Shown here in pieces: positions 21,114 through 31,530 of a DNA stretch of 64,000 nt. Both the position numbers and the translations under genes were made by a program. The notes under the pieces are model-generated. The model searched no databases and was not told the origin of the DNA. It saw only the letters and a program-made list of their open reading frames with translations. Source of the stretch: an uncultured Gammaproteobacteria bacterium (GTDB lineage: Bacteria > Pseudomonadota > Gammaproteobacteria > CAISUE01); the NCBI GenBank assembly GCA_903888615.1, contig CAISUE010000046.1, positions 1,016 to 65,015 on the forward strand, given 5' to 3'. How positions within the stretch are numbered: position 1 is the first letter of the stretch; the number at the start of each line of letters is the position of its first letter.

Positions 21114-22331
21114 ATGCTAGATATTGCTAAAATTCGTGCCGATTTTCCGATTTTACATCGAGAAATTCATGGTCAGCCGTTGGTTTATTTAGACAATGCA
21201 GCGACCACTCAAAAACCGCAGTGCGTGATCGATGCGCTCACGCATTATTATCAAGACGAAAACGCTAATATTCATCGCGGTGTGCATTATTTGAGTATGG
21301 AAGCGACGAGGCTGTATGAACACGCGCGAGAAAAAGTCAAAAACTTTATTCATGCTGCCAGTGTAGAAGAAATTATTTTTGTCCGCGGTACCACAGAAGC
21401 GATTAATCTTGTTGCCCAGAGTTTTGTCCGTAGCCAAGTGACAAAGGGTGATGAAATTTTAATTACCGCGATGGAACATCATGCCAATATCGTACCGTGG
21501 CAATTTGTCTGTGAACAAACGGGAGCGGTATTAAAAGTATTGCCGATCGATCAACAAGGTAATTTGTTGGTGGAACAGTTGGCTGCGTATTTAACGCCAC
21601 GCACTAAAATTTGTGCGATCACCCATATTGCCAACGCCATTGGTACTGTGAATCCCATTAAAGCCATTATTGCTGAATGCCATGCTGCCGGGGTGCCGGT
21701 ATTGATCGATGGCGCCCAAGCGATTGCGCATACGCCCGTCGATGTCCAAGCCTTAGATTGTGATTTTTATGCATTTTCAGGTCACAAATTACTGGGACCG
21801 ACGGGCATTGGTGTGCTCTATGGCAAAAAAGCGTTATTGGCAGCGATGCCGCCTTATCAAGGCGGTGGCGATATGATTCGCACCGTCAGTTTTGAAAAAA
21901 CCACCTTCAATGTCTTGCCGCATAAATTTGAAGCAGGAACGCCGAATATTGCCGGTGCTATTGGGCTTGGTGTCGCGATTGATTATCTTCAATGCATTGG
22001 TTTAACGGCAATTAATGCTTATGAACAGCAATTGCTCCGTTATGCGACAGCTAGCATCCTTGAAATACCCGGGGTGCGTTTGCTGGGTACGGCACATGAA
22101 AAAGCCAGTATTTTAGCGTTCGTGATGCAAAGCGCGCATCCGCACGATATCGGTACTATTTTAGATCAACACGGGATTGCGATCCGCGCCGGCCATCATT
22201 GTGCCATGCCCTTGATGGCGTTTTTCAACGTACCGGCTAGTGCCAGAATCTCAGTGTCTTTTTACAATACGTTTGCTGAAATCGATTGCGCCATGGAAGC
22301 TTTATCTGAAGTCAATAAAATATTTGCCTAA
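21114..22331 (+). CDS. sufS: Cysteine desulfurase SufS (class V aminotransferase)
   Basis: 405 aa: PLVYLDNAATTQKP, FSGHKLLGPTGIGVLYGK (PLP Lys), active-site RAGHHCA. Confidence 0.85.
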   Translation: MLDIAKIRADFPILHREIHGQPLVYLDNAATTQKPQCVIDALTHYYQDENANIHRGVHYLSMEATRLYEHAREKVKNFIHAASVEEIIFVRGTTEAINLVAQSFVRSQVTKGDEILITAMEHHANIVPWQFVCEQTGAVLKVLPIDQQGNLLVEQLAAYLTPRTKICAITHIANAIGTVNPIKAIIAECHAAGVPVLIDGAQAIAHTPVDVQALDCDFYAFSGHKLLGPTGIGVLYGKKALLAAMPPYQGGGDMIRTVSFEKTTFNVLPHKFEAGTPNIAGAIGLGVAIDYLQCIGLTAINAYEQQLLRYATASILEIPGVRLLGTAHEKASILAFVMQSAHPHDIGTILDQHGIAIRAGHHCAMPLMAFFNVPASARISVSFYNTFAEIDCAMEALSEVNKIFA

Positions 22332-22509
22332 ACATTAAAAAAAGGGTAAAGAGTCTGTAGGCTCTTTCTTAAAACATCTAAATTAAACGCCCCTTTCATG
22401 AGTCGTCGAAGTGTGCCGAATGGTCGCTAATCGGTTAGAATGGCCAGGTGGGTTAAATGTTTTTAATGGGGTTTTTAAGCCAGTGGCTTAAAGAAATAAG
22501 GGAAATAGT

Positions 22510-23169
22510 ATGCGGATTATTTTATTAGGCAGTCCAGGCGCTGGCAAAGGAACACAAGCGAAATTTTTATGCGAGCACTATGGCATTCCACAAATTTCGA
22601 CCGGAGATATGTTACGCGCTGCGGTGCAAGCGAATTCGCCATTAGGTCAGCACGTGCAAGCGATCATGGCTAGTGGTGCCTTAGTACCCGATGAATTGAT
22701 GATTGATTTGGTAAAACAACGGATTCTTGATGCCGATTGCCAAAAGGGTTTTTTATTAGATGGGTTTCCACGCACATTGCCACAAGCGCAAGCGTTAAAA
22801 GATGCCGGCATTGACTTAGATGCGGTGATAGAAATTCAAGTGGCGGATGAAGTGATTATCCAGCGTTTGAGCGGTCGGCGTGTACACCCAGCATCCGGTC
22901 GCGTTTACCATCAAGATTTTCACCCAGCAAAAATTTCTGGCATTGATGATGAAACGGGTGAGCCATTGATTCAGCGGGTTGATGATCAAGCTGACACGGT
23001 GCGCCATCGCTTAAGCGTCTATCATCAACAAACAACCCCGCTTATTGCTTATTATCTGGATTTGGCAGCGCTTCAGACAGAAAAAAGTCCACAGTTTTTT
23101 TCAATTGATGGCAGTCAAACGGTGGATCAAGTAAGGGCTGCGTTGATTGATGTGTTAGGAGTTTTATAA
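22510..23169 (+). CDS. adk: Adenylate kinase
   Basis: [17 protein letters not shown] with a LID domain. 219 aa. Confidence 0.9.
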   Translation: MRIILLGSPGAGKGTQAKFLCEHYGIPQISTGDMLRAAVQANSPLGQHVQAIMASGALVPDELMIDLVKQRILDADCQKGFLLDGFPRTLPQAQALKDAGIDLDAVIEIQVADEVIIQRLSGRRVHPASGRVYHQDFHPAKISGIDDETGEPLIQRVDDQADTVRHRLSVYHQQTTPLIAYYLDLAALQTEKSPQFFSIDGSQTVDQVRAALIDVLGVL

Positions 23170-23498
23170 TGGCGACGATAGCGTTGACGCAAGCGAATTT
23201 TGATGAGTATTTTGCTAAGCCTTTGTTAGCGATTGAATTTTGGGCACCGTGGTGTGAGCCATGTCGGGATTTTTCGCGTCTGTATGAAGCTGCTGCCTTG
23301 AAATACCCGCAAATCATTTTTATGAAAGTGAATGTCGATCAAGAAATTGCGTTAGCCAAAGATTTCAGTGTGCGTTCGGTACCAACCTTGGTGGTCATTC
23401 ATCAAAAAACCATGATTTTACATCAGGCGGGTTTAATACCTGAGCATGCTTTATGGGATTTAATGGACCAAGCTTTGCATATCGCTGACATTCTTTAA
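23169..23498 (+). CDS. Thioredoxin-like protein (WCEPC active site)
   Basis: 109 aa. FWAPWCEPCR is a CxxC in a thioredoxin fold, with non-canonical CEPC. Its start overlaps the adk stop. Confidence 0.65.
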   Translation: MATIALTQANFDEYFAKPLLAIEFWAPWCEPCRDFSRLYEAAALKYPQIIFMKVNVDQEIALAKDFSVRSVPTLVVIHQKTMILHQAGLIPEHALWDLMDQALHIADIL

Positions 23499-23554
23499 CA
23501 GGAGAATCCTTGTATTGATCGGTACGGGGTTTAGCGTTTTATGTTAACATTTTT

Positions 23555-24154
23555 ATGACGATTTTTTTGAGGTTTGGGATGAAATTATGGCGCGCTGTAA
23601 CAGTCAGGATAGCAGTTATTTTAATGGGTCTATTGGCGAATGTAAGCTTTGCTCAAGCGGCTGGCGCCGTAACGGTTGCGCAAACGAATAGTTCACCGAT
23701 AGGTTATTGGCAAACGATCGATGCTAAAACCCATTTACCTAAAAGTATTGTTAAATTATTTATAGTGCAAGGTAAATTATACGGTCGAATTATGCAAATC
23801 CATTATCAATCCGGTCATGGGCCAGCGGATGTGTGTGATAAATGTACTGGAATTCGTCAACAACAGCCAGTCTTAGGCATGGTGTTTATGTGGGGTTTAG
23901 TGCCCGATGCTTCAGCTGCCAATCATTGGATCGATGGCCAAATTCTTGATCCAAAGGTAGGTAGTCAATACAATAGCGAGTTAACCTTAGTCGATAATGG
24001 TCAAACAGTGAATGTCTTGGCTTATAAAGGTTCGACGCTATTGGGTCGCACCCAAACCTGGCAGCGTACCTCGCTAAGGGCGTTGCAAACTGTTTTAGCA
24101 ACACAAGTGGCGTCTGGTTCTGATTCGGCAGCAATAGCAGCCATGCCACAATAG
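23555..24154 (+). CDS. Secreted protein, DUF2147-like
   Basis: 199 aa. Signal peptide, GYWQTID...KLFIVQGKLYGRI and two Cys. The start may be the internal Met at 23579. Confidence 0.4.
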   Translation: MTIFLRFGMKLWRAVTVRIAVILMGLLANVSFAQAAGAVTVAQTNSSPIGYWQTIDAKTHLPKSIVKLFIVQGKLYGRIMQIHYQSGHGPADVCDKCTGIRQQQPVLGMVFMWGLVPDASAANHWIDGQILDPKVGSQYNSELTLVDNGQTVNVLAYKGSTLLGRTQTWQRTSLRALQTVLATQVASGSDSAAIAAMPQ

Positions 24155-24184
24155 TACATTTAATTATTTCCCTATTAGGTAAAC

Positions 24185-24943
24185 ATGTATATGAAGAAAA
24201 TTTGGCTACCCCTGTTATCGGCATTATTGTTAAGTGGCTGTTCGACAACGCCGACTCCTAGCCAGAAATACCTAAAGTTTAGCGCCAGTCAAATTTATCA
24301 AACCGCTGAAATCAAATTAGCGAAACGCGATTATCGTGACTCGATCGAAGCGTATGAAGCGCTAGATACCTTATACCCTTTCAATAAAGATGTTCAGCAA
24401 GCCCAATTGGATGTTATTTACGCGTATTTCCAAAATGATGATATGCCAGCATCAGCGGCCTCAGCTGAACGTTATATTCGTTTGTATCCGCGCGCAGATA
24501 ATGTCGATTACGCCTATTACATGAAAGGAGTGGCGAATTTTTACCAAGATCGCGGCTGGTTTCAGCGTTATATGCCGACCGATCAAGCGGTTCGAGATCC
24601 AGGTTCGACGCTGCAATCGTACAAAGATTTTGAAGTATTATTAAAACTCTACCCAAACAGTGTTTATGCGCCGGATGCGCGACAACGTTTAGTGTATTTG
24701 CGCAATTTATCAGGCCGTTATCAAGCGCAAGTCGCGGCGTTTTATTTAGAAAAACACGCTTATGTGGCAGCCATTAACCGTGCCAAAATCGTCATCACTC
24801 AGTATAGCGAAACTCCATCGTGCCAAGACGCTTTAGTGATCCTGATCAAAGCTTATCGAGCGTTGGGTTTGACGGCTCAAGCGCAAGATACCACGCTAGT
24901 GTTACACACGAATTATCCGAGTGCAGCGCTCAAACAGGGTTAA
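24185..24943 (+). CDS. bamD: Outer membrane protein assembly factor BamD (lipoprotein, TPR-like)
   Basis: Lipobox LLSGC, and YAYY...G motifs of BamD/ComL. 252 aa. Confidence 0.8.
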   Translation: MYMKKIWLPLLSALLLSGCSTTPTPSQKYLKFSASQIYQTAEIKLAKRDYRDSIEAYEALDTLYPFNKDVQQAQLDVIYAYFQNDDMPASAASAERYIRLYPRADNVDYAYYMKGVANFYQDRGWFQRYMPTDQAVRDPGSTLQSYKDFEVLLKLYPNSVYAPDARQRLVYLRNLSGRYQAQVAAFYLEKHAYVAAINRAKIVITQYSETPSCQDALVILIKAYRALGLTAQAQDTTLVLHTNYPSAALKQG

Positions 24944-25047
24944 TTGGGTTATTTATATAGCGACCTGATTAAAATGGCAAAGCTGAAAATGGACTATTAC
25001 CGCTTTAAGAAGTTATCAGGCATAAAATTAAGATATTCATACCGTTA

Positions 25048-25106
25048 GTAAGGCCAAAGGCCTTTAAGAATTTAGCCCGGGGTTGAGCGATAGCGCAACC
25101 CCGGGG
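25048..25106. repeat. REP-like palindromic repeat, family member A (reverse orientation)
   Basis: AGGCCAAAGGCCT...CCCGGGGTTG-AGCGATAGCG-CAACCCCGGG. The reverse complement aligns with the copies at 41664-41717 and 45378-45430 (core GGTTGCGCTATCGCT...AAAGGCCTTTGGCC). Confidence 0.5.
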
Positions 25107-25344
25107 CAGCATGAGCATCAACGAGCGCTGTAAGCGCGATAGAAATCATTAAGAAAATCATCATCTGAAACAGAGTGTTCAAATCGTTGGGATAGATTTT
25201 TTTATGCGCCTACAGTGCGTGATGGTTTTGTGTGTCGACTTCAGGGCAATCGCTTTGGGCTAATTTTATGGCTTTCGGCCAGGGTTTTTTTGCATGCTAT
25301 TCATTTTTTTAATGCAGCGGCCCTGAATATCATGTCATAACACC

Positions 25345-25373
25345 TTCTTGTTTAAAAAAAGTTATGATATAAT
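25345..25373 (+). promoter_or_regulatory. Sigma70-type promoter with extended -10 for tRNA-Val/thrS
   Basis: TTCTTG (-35), 17 nt spacer, TGaTATAAT (extended -10) ending 15 nt before the tRNA 5' end. Confidence 0.5.
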
Positions 25374-25387
25374 GCCCGGCTCTTTAT

Positions 25388-25462
25388 AGGCGCGTAGCTC
25401 AGCGGTAGAGCACCACATTGACATTGTGGTGGTCGGTGGTTCGAACCCACTCGTGCCTACCA
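25388..25462 (+). tRNA. tRNA-Val (anticodon GAC)
   Basis: Manual fold: acceptor AGGCGCG/CGTGCCT, D-arm GCTC-AGCGGTA-GAGC, anticodon arm CCACA-TTGACAT-TGTGG, T-arm GGTGG-TTCGAAC-CCACT, and an encoded 3' CCA. Confidence 0.85.
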
Positions 25463-25489
25463 GTTTTTTTATCTGTTAATGCCTTAGCT

Positions 25490-27379
25490 ATGATCACCAT
25501 TACCTTGCCCGATGGCGCAACCCGCCAATTTCCTGAAGCTGTGACAGTGAACGCTGTTGCGCTAAGCATCGGCGCGGGCTTAGCTAAAGCCACTTTAGCG
25601 GGTATCGTCGATGGTCAATGGGTCGATAGTCGTTATCTTATTACCCATGATGCGACGCTTGCCATCATTACCAATAAAAGCCCTGAAGCACTCGAGATCA
25701 TCCGCCATTCGACGGCACATTTATTAGCGCACGCAGTCAAACAATTATTCCCCTCAGCCCAAGTGACGATTGGTCCGGTGATCGAAGATGGTTTTTATTA
25801 TGATTTTGCTTTCGAGCGATCTTTTACGCCTGATGATTTAAGTGCTATTGAAGCGCGGATGAGTGAATTGGCTAAAGCTGCTTTACCGATTACCCGTACA
25901 GAAGTAAGCCGCGATGCTGCGCGGGATTTTTTTAAAGCCCAAGGCGAACAGTACAAAGCCGACCTTATCGACAGTATTCCTGAAACGGAAACGTTATCGC
26001 TTTACACGCAAGGTGAATTCACGGATTTGTGCCGTGGTCCGCATGCGCCAACGACAGCGCCATTAACCGCATTTAAATTGATGAAGTTAGCCGGTGCTTA
26101 TTGGCGTGGAGATTCCAATAATGTCATGTTGCAGCGTATTTATGGCACAGCGTGGCTTGATAAAAAAGCCCTCGATGCTTATTTGCACCGTTTAGAAGAA
26201 GCTGAAAGGCGTGATCACCGTAAATTGGCTAAAGCGATGGATTTATTTCATTTGCAAGAAGAAGCCCCTGGTATGGTATTTTGGCATCCCAATGGTTGGG
26301 CTTTGTACCAAGTGGTCGAACAATACATGCGCAAAAAATTCATTGAGCATGGTTATTTGGAAGTAAAAACCCCGCAAATCGTCGATCGGGTATTGTGGGA
26401 AAAATCTGGCCACTGGGATAAATTTGGCGATGACATGTTTTATGTTAATGTCGATGAGCGTCATTATGCGGTCAAACCGATGAATTGCCCTTGCCATGTG
26501 CAAATTTTTAATCAAGGTTTGCGCAGTTATAAAGAATTACCGATTCGTTTAGCAGAATTTGGTTCTTGTCACCGTAATGAAGCTTCCGGTACGTTGCACG
26601 GGATTATGCGGACCCGGAATTTTGTTCAAGACGATGGCCATATTTTTTGTACTGAAGGGCAAATTGGTTCTGAAGTGCAAGCTTTTATCAAAATGCTCTT
26701 TGAAGTCTATGGTGATTTTGGTTTAAGCAATATTTCCGTGAAATTATCCACTCGACCAGAAAAACGGGTTGGAAAGGATGAAGTATGGGATAAAGCTGAA
26801 CACGTTTTAACAGAAGTCTTGAATGACTCTGGTTTAGTTTGGCAATTATTGCCTGGTGAAGGTGCATTTTACGGTCCTAAAATAGAATTTGTGTTAGAAG
26901 ATAGCATTGGTCGGCGTTGGACCACCGGTTCAGTGCAATTAGATTTTTCAATGCCAACGCGTTTAGATGCTGAATACATTGGTGAAGACAGTGCTAAGCA
27001 TACGCCGGTTATGTTACATCGAGCGATTTGCGGTTCACTGGAACGTTTTATCGGCATTTTATTAGAACATCATGCAGGCTTGTTGCCGGCGTGGTTAGCG
27101 CCTGTGCAAGCGGTGGTAATGAATATTTCCGAAAAACAAAGTATCTATACGGAGCAATTAACTGCTATATTACGCACTTTGGGCGTTCGTGTGAAAGCGG
27201 ACTTGAGAAATGAAAAGATTGGCTTTAAAATTCGTACCCATACCCTTGCAAAAGTACCTTATTTGTTAGTGGTGGGTGATCGAGAAGCTGAAAACAACCA
27301 AGTATCCGTAAGAACGCAGCAAGGACAAGATTTAGGCGTAATGTCCGTGCAAGCATTTAGTCAATTGTTGGAGAGATAA
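25490..27379 (+). CDS. thrS: Threonine--tRNA ligase
   Basis: Start set at MITITLPDG, matching E. coli MPVITLPDG. The track ORF start at 25418 would run through the tRNA. Class II motifs and the zinc-site CHRNE/HGI are present. 629 aa. Confidence 0.9.
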   Translation: MITITLPDGATRQFPEAVTVNAVALSIGAGLAKATLAGIVDGQWVDSRYLITHDATLAIITNKSPEALEIIRHSTAHLLAHAVKQLFPSAQVTIGPVIEDGFYYDFAFERSFTPDDLSAIEARMSELAKAALPITRTEVSRDAARDFFKAQGEQYKADLIDSIPETETLSLYTQGEFTDLCRGPHAPTTAPLTAFKLMKLAGAYWRGDSNNVMLQRIYGTAWLDKKALDAYLHRLEEAERRDHRKLAKAMDLFHLQEEAPGMVFWHPNGWALYQVVEQYMRKKFIEHGYLEVKTPQIVDRVLWEKSGHWDKFGDDMFYVNVDERHYAVKPMNCPCHVQIFNQGLRSYKELPIRLAEFGSCHRNEASGTLHGIMRTRNFVQDDGHIFCTEGQIGSEVQAFIKMLFEVYGDFGLSNISVKLSTRPEKRVGKDEVWDKAEHVLTEVLNDSGLVWQLLPGEGAFYGPKIEFVLEDSIGRRWTTGSVQLDFSMPTRLDAEYIGEDSAKHTPVMLHRAICGSLERFIGILLEHHAGLLPAWLAPVQAVVMNISEKQSIYTEQLTAILRTLGVRVKADLRNEKIGFKIRTHTLAKVPYLLVVGDREAENNQVSVRTQQGQDLGVMSVQAFSQLLER

Positions 27380-27380
27380 T

Positions 27381-27911
27381 ATTAGTACACTCATACAAGA
27401 TAAAAAAACCCGTATAAATCAGCAGATTCGCGTGGCAGAAGTGCGTTTGATTGGCGCCAATGGTGAACAAATTGGTATTGTAAAAATCGGTGAAGCCTTA
27501 AGCATCGCTGAAGATGCCACGTTAGATTTAGTGGAAATTTCACCGAATGCAGCCCCCCCAGTCTGCCGCGTGATGGATTACGGCAAGTATTTGTATGAAT
27601 TGGGCAAGCAAAAAGCTGCTGCCAAGAAGAAACAAAAACAAGTTCAAATCAAAGAAATCAAATTCCGTCCGGGAACGGACGATGGCGATTATCAGGTCAA
27701 GCTACGCAACCTGATACGCTTTTTAGAAGAGGGCGACAAAGCTAAAATCACGGTGCGGTTTCGCGGCCGTGAAATTAGCCATCAAGACTTAGGCTTGAAA
27801 ATGCTCCAGCGTTTGCAAATTGATCTCGGTCCTTTTGGGACCGTGGAACAATTTCCAAAAATGGAAGGTCGGCAGATGGCTATGTTAGTCGCCCCACTCA
27901 AAAAAATCTAA
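27381..27911 (+). CDS. infC: Translation initiation factor IF-3, with an AUU start codon
   Basis: In-frame extension upstream of the track ORF reads [28 protein letters not shown], aligning with the E. coli IF3 N-terminus (NRINGEIRAQEVRLTG). An AUU start is the conserved autoregulatory feature of infC. Confidence 0.8.
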   Translation: MSTLIQDKKTRINQQIRVAEVRLIGANGEQIGIVKIGEALSIAEDATLDLVEISPNAAPPVCRVMDYGKYLYELGKQKAAAKKKQKQVQIKEIKFRPGTDDGDYQVKLRNLIRFLEEGDKAKITVRFRGREISHQDLGLKMLQRLQIDLGPFGTVEQFPKMEGRQMAMLVAPLKKI

Positions 27912-28011
27912 ATTTTTTTGAGTGTTTATTATGACCTTGGCAAATTTTATTGGCGAGGTTGTTTATTTAATTTCACTATCAATTATGATAGTGATCAATG
28001 CGAGTTGAATC

Positions 28012-28209
28012 ATGCCGAAAATTAAAACTAACCGTGGGGCCGCGAAGCGTTTTCGCCAAACTGCCAATGGTTATAAGCATAAACAATCGTTTGCCCGTCA
28101 TATTTTGACGAAAAAATCTTCCAAGCGGAAACGGTTTTTACGTGGTACTAAAGCTGTCAAACACTGCGATGTGATGTCTATCCGTCGTATGTTAACCCAT
28201 GCATCTTAA
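28012..28209 (+). CDS. rpmI: 50S ribosomal protein L35
   Basis: [15 protein letters not shown]... 65 aa. Confidence 0.9.
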   Translation: MPKIKTNRGAAKRFRQTANGYKHKQSFARHILTKKSSKRKRFLRGTKAVKHCDVMSIRRMLTHAS

Positions 28210-28220
28210 GGAGCTAACCC

Positions 28221-28583
28221 ATGGCTAGAGTTAAACGCGGGGTTACTGCCAGAGCCCGTCATAAAAAAGTATTAGATCAAGCAAAAGGTTATCGGGAAGC
28301 TCGTAGTAAAGTGTACCGTGTTGCCAAACAAGCGGTGACCAAAGCCGGTCAATACGCGTATCGCGATCGACGCGTTAAAAAACGTGAATTTCGTGCTTTG
28401 TGGATTGCCCGTATCAATGCTGCGGTACGTGAATTAGGCATGAATTACAGTCGCTTTATCGCAGGCTTAAATAAAGCCGGTATCACGATGGATCGCAAAA
28501 TGTTAGCGAACTTAGCGTTTCATGATTTAGCCGCTTTTGGCGTGATCGTTGAACAAGTAAAAGTAGCATTAGCTGCTGAATAA
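28221..28583 (+). CDS. rplT: 50S ribosomal protein L20
   Basis: [18 protein letters not shown]... 120 aa. Confidence 0.9.
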   Translation: MARVKRGVTARARHKKVLDQAKGYREARSKVYRVAKQAVTKAGQYAYRDRRVKKREFRALWIARINAAVRELGMNYSRFIAGLNKAGITMDRKMLANLAFHDLAAFGVIVEQVKVALAAE

Positions 28584-28612
28584 TAAGCTGCTTAGTGTGT
28601 TTAAAAAACCTC

Positions 28613-28643
28613 GCCTCGTGCGGGGTTTTTTTATGGCTATGCC
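28613..28643 (+). terminator. Rho-independent terminator after rplT
   Basis: AAAAAACC-TCGCCTCGTGCGGGG-TTTTTTT: a GC-rich hairpin flanked by an A-run and a T-run. Confidence 0.55.
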
Positions 28644-28666
28644 CTATGAGTTATACTTATGGTAGT

Positions 28667-28689
28667 ATTTCTACCATAACTTGAGGGAA
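28667..28689. promoter_or_regulatory. Inverted repeat upstream of the MazF-like gene (possible toxin-antitoxin operator)
   Basis: TTATGGTAG-TATTT-CTACCATAA: 9 bp arms with a 5 nt spacer, about 55 nt upstream of the toxin start. Confidence 0.3.
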
Positions 28690-28743
28690 AGCATCACGCT
28701 GCCAATAAAGAAATTGACCCAGCATTTGATTTAACCTGCTTAG

Positions 28744-29097
28744 ATGGACTTAATCCTAATGAAACGTGGTGAGAGCTATTTTGCTGATTTAGACCCAACA
28801 ATGGGTAGTGAAATAAAAAAATTACGGCCAGTGCTTATTGCTAGCAATAATGCAAATAATAAAGGGTCGAAAACGCCAACGGTTGTGCCCATTACGTTTA
28901 ATGTCACTAAAATTTATTCTTTTGAAGTCTTTTTAGCTGCACAAGAAATAAGATTATTAAGAGATTCAAAAGCGCAATGCTAGCAAACCAGAACGATTTC
29001 CAAACTTCAAATTAAAAATACGCGACTTATGGGCTTTATTAATCCATTACTGCCAAAAATTGCCGCCGTGCTACGATTGCATTTGGATTTGTAAAGA
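28744..29097 (+). pseudogene. MazF/PemK-family endoribonuclease toxin gene interrupted by one in-frame TAG
   Basis: The 79 aa ORF carries the MazF hallmarks RGESYFADLDPTMGSEIKKLRPVLIASNN...PTVVPIT...FEV.L. The same frame continues past the TAG at 28981-28983 with QTRTISK... (MazF C-terminal QIRTIDK-like) for 37 more codons. Total length is about 117 aa, a normal MazF size. No antitoxin-sized ORF lies on either side. Confidence 0.6.
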
Positions 29098-29220
29098 TAG
29101 TTACCTTAATTCCACCGTTTAGGAAAGTTATCGCTAAGTTTCCCCTCTGGCGTGTGTTGAATAGTCGCGGTTAAGTCAAACTAAACCGTTGTATCTCTTA
29201 CGAAGGAAGAAAGGATAGCA

Positions 29221-30210
29221 ATGATTTATTCAGGCTATGTTTACGATAAAAAAAATGCATTGCTGGTGTTGGGGTGTGTACACCGTGCCATTGCTTTTAA
29301 GTTGGTGTGCAACACGATAAAGCACCTTAGTAGGGATAGTGGTATCGTGATTTTCGAAAATCTCAACGCGCCTACTTTTCAAACGGATGATCCAGAAGCT
29401 TATAAAAGTGTATTGGAAAATTGTATTGCCACAGCAAGGGTACAATTGCTGGGGCGTTGCATTAAAAACATAATCGTCGTAGCTGAGTGTAATTTGGGTT
29501 TTATCGGGCAAGCAATCTTCCCACGTTTCTTAAGTGAACCCAAGTATTTTTCACCCTTATTCACAGCTATTAACCAAGGCAATCAACAAGTAATCCGGCT
29601 ATTGATCACATCAAGCGAAGCCATTCAGCTGGCGTCCCAAAAGCAATTCCATTTCCATCATGCACTGGATCAAGTGTTATGGGCGCAATTAATCAAAGAA
29701 AGTGTGCTTGAGCTTTATGAGGCGTTGTTAGTCGATCAAGCCGTGTCAGAAATAGAAATCGAAAGTACGCAAGTGCTTGCGCCCGAAGCACAAACAATGG
29801 CTGAAGCGCGAAGCTCCCTTGGTGTAACATCGCCTGTGTTGTCAGAAAGGGAGGCTGATTTGGAATTAGAGCGACATGATAACTCGACGGTTATGTACAC
29901 GACAGAAAGTAATCGCCAGCATGCTGTTAATAGTTGTTTCTACAGGGTATTGATAAAACCTATTGCATCACTATTTTGGTCGATTCGGGAAAAGCATCAC
30001 AGGGTTCACCCTTTAAATGACGCTGAACGAGCGAATTCCCTGGGTCGGTCGGTGGAAGAAGAAATTACGATTCCTTCGCATTCGCTATGGCTCAGTTTTT
30101 CGAGCTCTCCGGCATCCAGTTCAATGAAAAGTGCTAACATTTCACTTGGTACGGATTACTCCTCTACTGACGGTGCGCGCGTTATGCCCCTATCTATAAA
30201 AAAGAGATAA
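29221..30210 (+). CDS. Hypothetical protein (orphan, effector-like)
   Basis: 329 aa with no recognizable domain. Good RBS (aaggaag). The C-terminal third is Ser-rich low complexity. Confidence 0.5.
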   Translation: MIYSGYVYDKKNALLVLGCVHRAIAFKLVCNTIKHLSRDSGIVIFENLNAPTFQTDDPEAYKSVLENCIATARVQLLGRCIKNIIVVAECNLGFIGQAIFPRFLSEPKYFSPLFTAINQGNQQVIRLLITSSEAIQLASQKQFHFHHALDQVLWAQLIKESVLELYEALLVDQAVSEIEIESTQVLAPEAQTMAEARSSLGVTSPVLSEREADLELERHDNSTVMYTTESNRQHAVNSCFYRVLIKPIASLFWSIREKHHRVHPLNDAERANSLGRSVEEEITIPSHSLWLSFSSSPASSSMKSANISLGTDYSSTDGARVMPLSIKKR

Positions 30211-30270
30211 ACGTTGCGATAATGTTATAATTGCACTAATAACACCTACTTATTTTTTTCGGAGTATTTC

Positions 30271-31530
30271 ATGACGTTTCAACACATCATTGTGCCAACT
30301 GTCGGTACTAAAATCACCGTGAATGCTGATAATTCACTGAATGTTCCTCAGCAACCGATTATTCCTTTTATTGAAGGCGATGGTATTGGTGCCGATATTA
30401 CTCCAGTGATGATGAAAGTGGTCGATGCGGCTGTCAAAAAAGCGTATGACGGTGAACGGTCGATTGCGTGGATGGAAGTGTATGCGGGTGAAAAAGCAAC
30501 GCAGGTTTATGGTACCGATGTGTGGTTGCCCGAAGAAACGTTAAGCGCTATTCGTGATTATGTGGTGTCGATCAAAGGCCCATTAACGACGCCAGTCGGT
30601 GGCGGGATTCGCTCTTTAAATGTCGCTTTACGCCAACAATTGGATTTATATATCTGTCTGCGGCCAGTGCGGTATTTTTCCGGTGTACCAAGTCCTGTGA
30701 AAGCACCCGAAAAAGTCGATATGGTTATTTTCCGCGAAAATTCTGAAGATATTTATGCTGGTATCGAGTGGGCCGCCGATAGTGTAGAAGCTAAAAAAGT
30801 CATTGAATTTTTGCGCACTGAAATGGGCGTCACTAAAATCCGTTTTCCTGATCATTGTGGCATCGGTATTAAGCCCGTCTCTAAACAAGGCACTGAGCGT
30901 TTGGTGCGCAATGCTTTTCAATACGCGATCGATAATGATAAACCTTCAGTGACTTTAGTGCATAAAGGCAATATCATGAAATTTACCGAAGGTGCTTTCA
31001 AAGATTGGGCTTATGCCTTGGCACAAGCAGAATTCGGTGCGACATTGATCGATAAGGGCCCGTGGATGCAATTTGCTAATCCTAAAACCGGTAACATGAT
31101 TATCCTCAAAGATGTGATTGCCGATGCTTTTTTACAACAAATTTTATTGCGACCAGACGAATATAGCGTCATTGCGACCTTAAATTTAAATGGCGATTAT
31201 ATTTCCGATGCACTCGCCGCTGAAGTCGGTGGCATTGGGATTGCGCCAGGGGCTAATCTAAGTGATAGTATCGCGATGTTTGAAGCAACGCACGGTACAG
31301 CACCCAAATATGCAGGTTTAAATAAAGTCAATCCGGGTTCAGAAATTTTATCAGCAGAAATGCTGTTGCGCCATCTGGGTTGGAGCGAAGCGGCTGATTT
31401 AATTATCCAAGGCGTTAACGGCGCGATTAATGCTAAAACCGTGACGTATGATTTTGAACGTTCGATGCCAGGTGCCACCTTAGTGACGTGTTCGGGTTTT
31501 GGGGACGCGATTATCACGCATATGGAATAA
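30271..31530 (+). CDS. icd: NADP-dependent isocitrate dehydrogenase
   Basis: 419 aa and colinear with E. coli Icd ([19 protein letters not shown], regulatory Ser region). Confidence 0.9.
   Translation: MTFQHIIVPTVGTKITVNADNSLNVPQQPIIPFIEGDGIGADITPVMMKVVDAAVKKAYDGERSIAWMEVYAGEKATQVYGTDVWLPEETLSAIRDYVVSIKGPLTTPVGGGIRSLNVALRQQLDLYICLRPVRYFSGVPSPVKAPEKVDMVIFRENSEDIYAGIEWAADSVEAKKVIEFLRTEMGVTKIRFPDHCGIGIKPVSKQGTERLVRNAFQYAIDNDKPSVTLVHKGNIMKFTEGAFKDWAYALAQAEFGATLIDKGPWMQFANPKTGNMIILKDVIADAFLQQILLRPDEYSVIATLNLNGDYISDALAAEVGGIGIAPGANLSDSIAMFEATHGTAPKYAGLNKVNPGSEILSAEMLLRHLGWSEAADLIIQGVNGAINAKTVTYDFERSMPGATLVTCSGFGDAIITHME

Noticed and set aside
25418..25489. Track start of thrS at 25418
   Set aside because: It would translate through tRNA-Val and its T-run. 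The conserved ThrRS N-terminus begins at the Met of MITITLPDG (ATG 25490).
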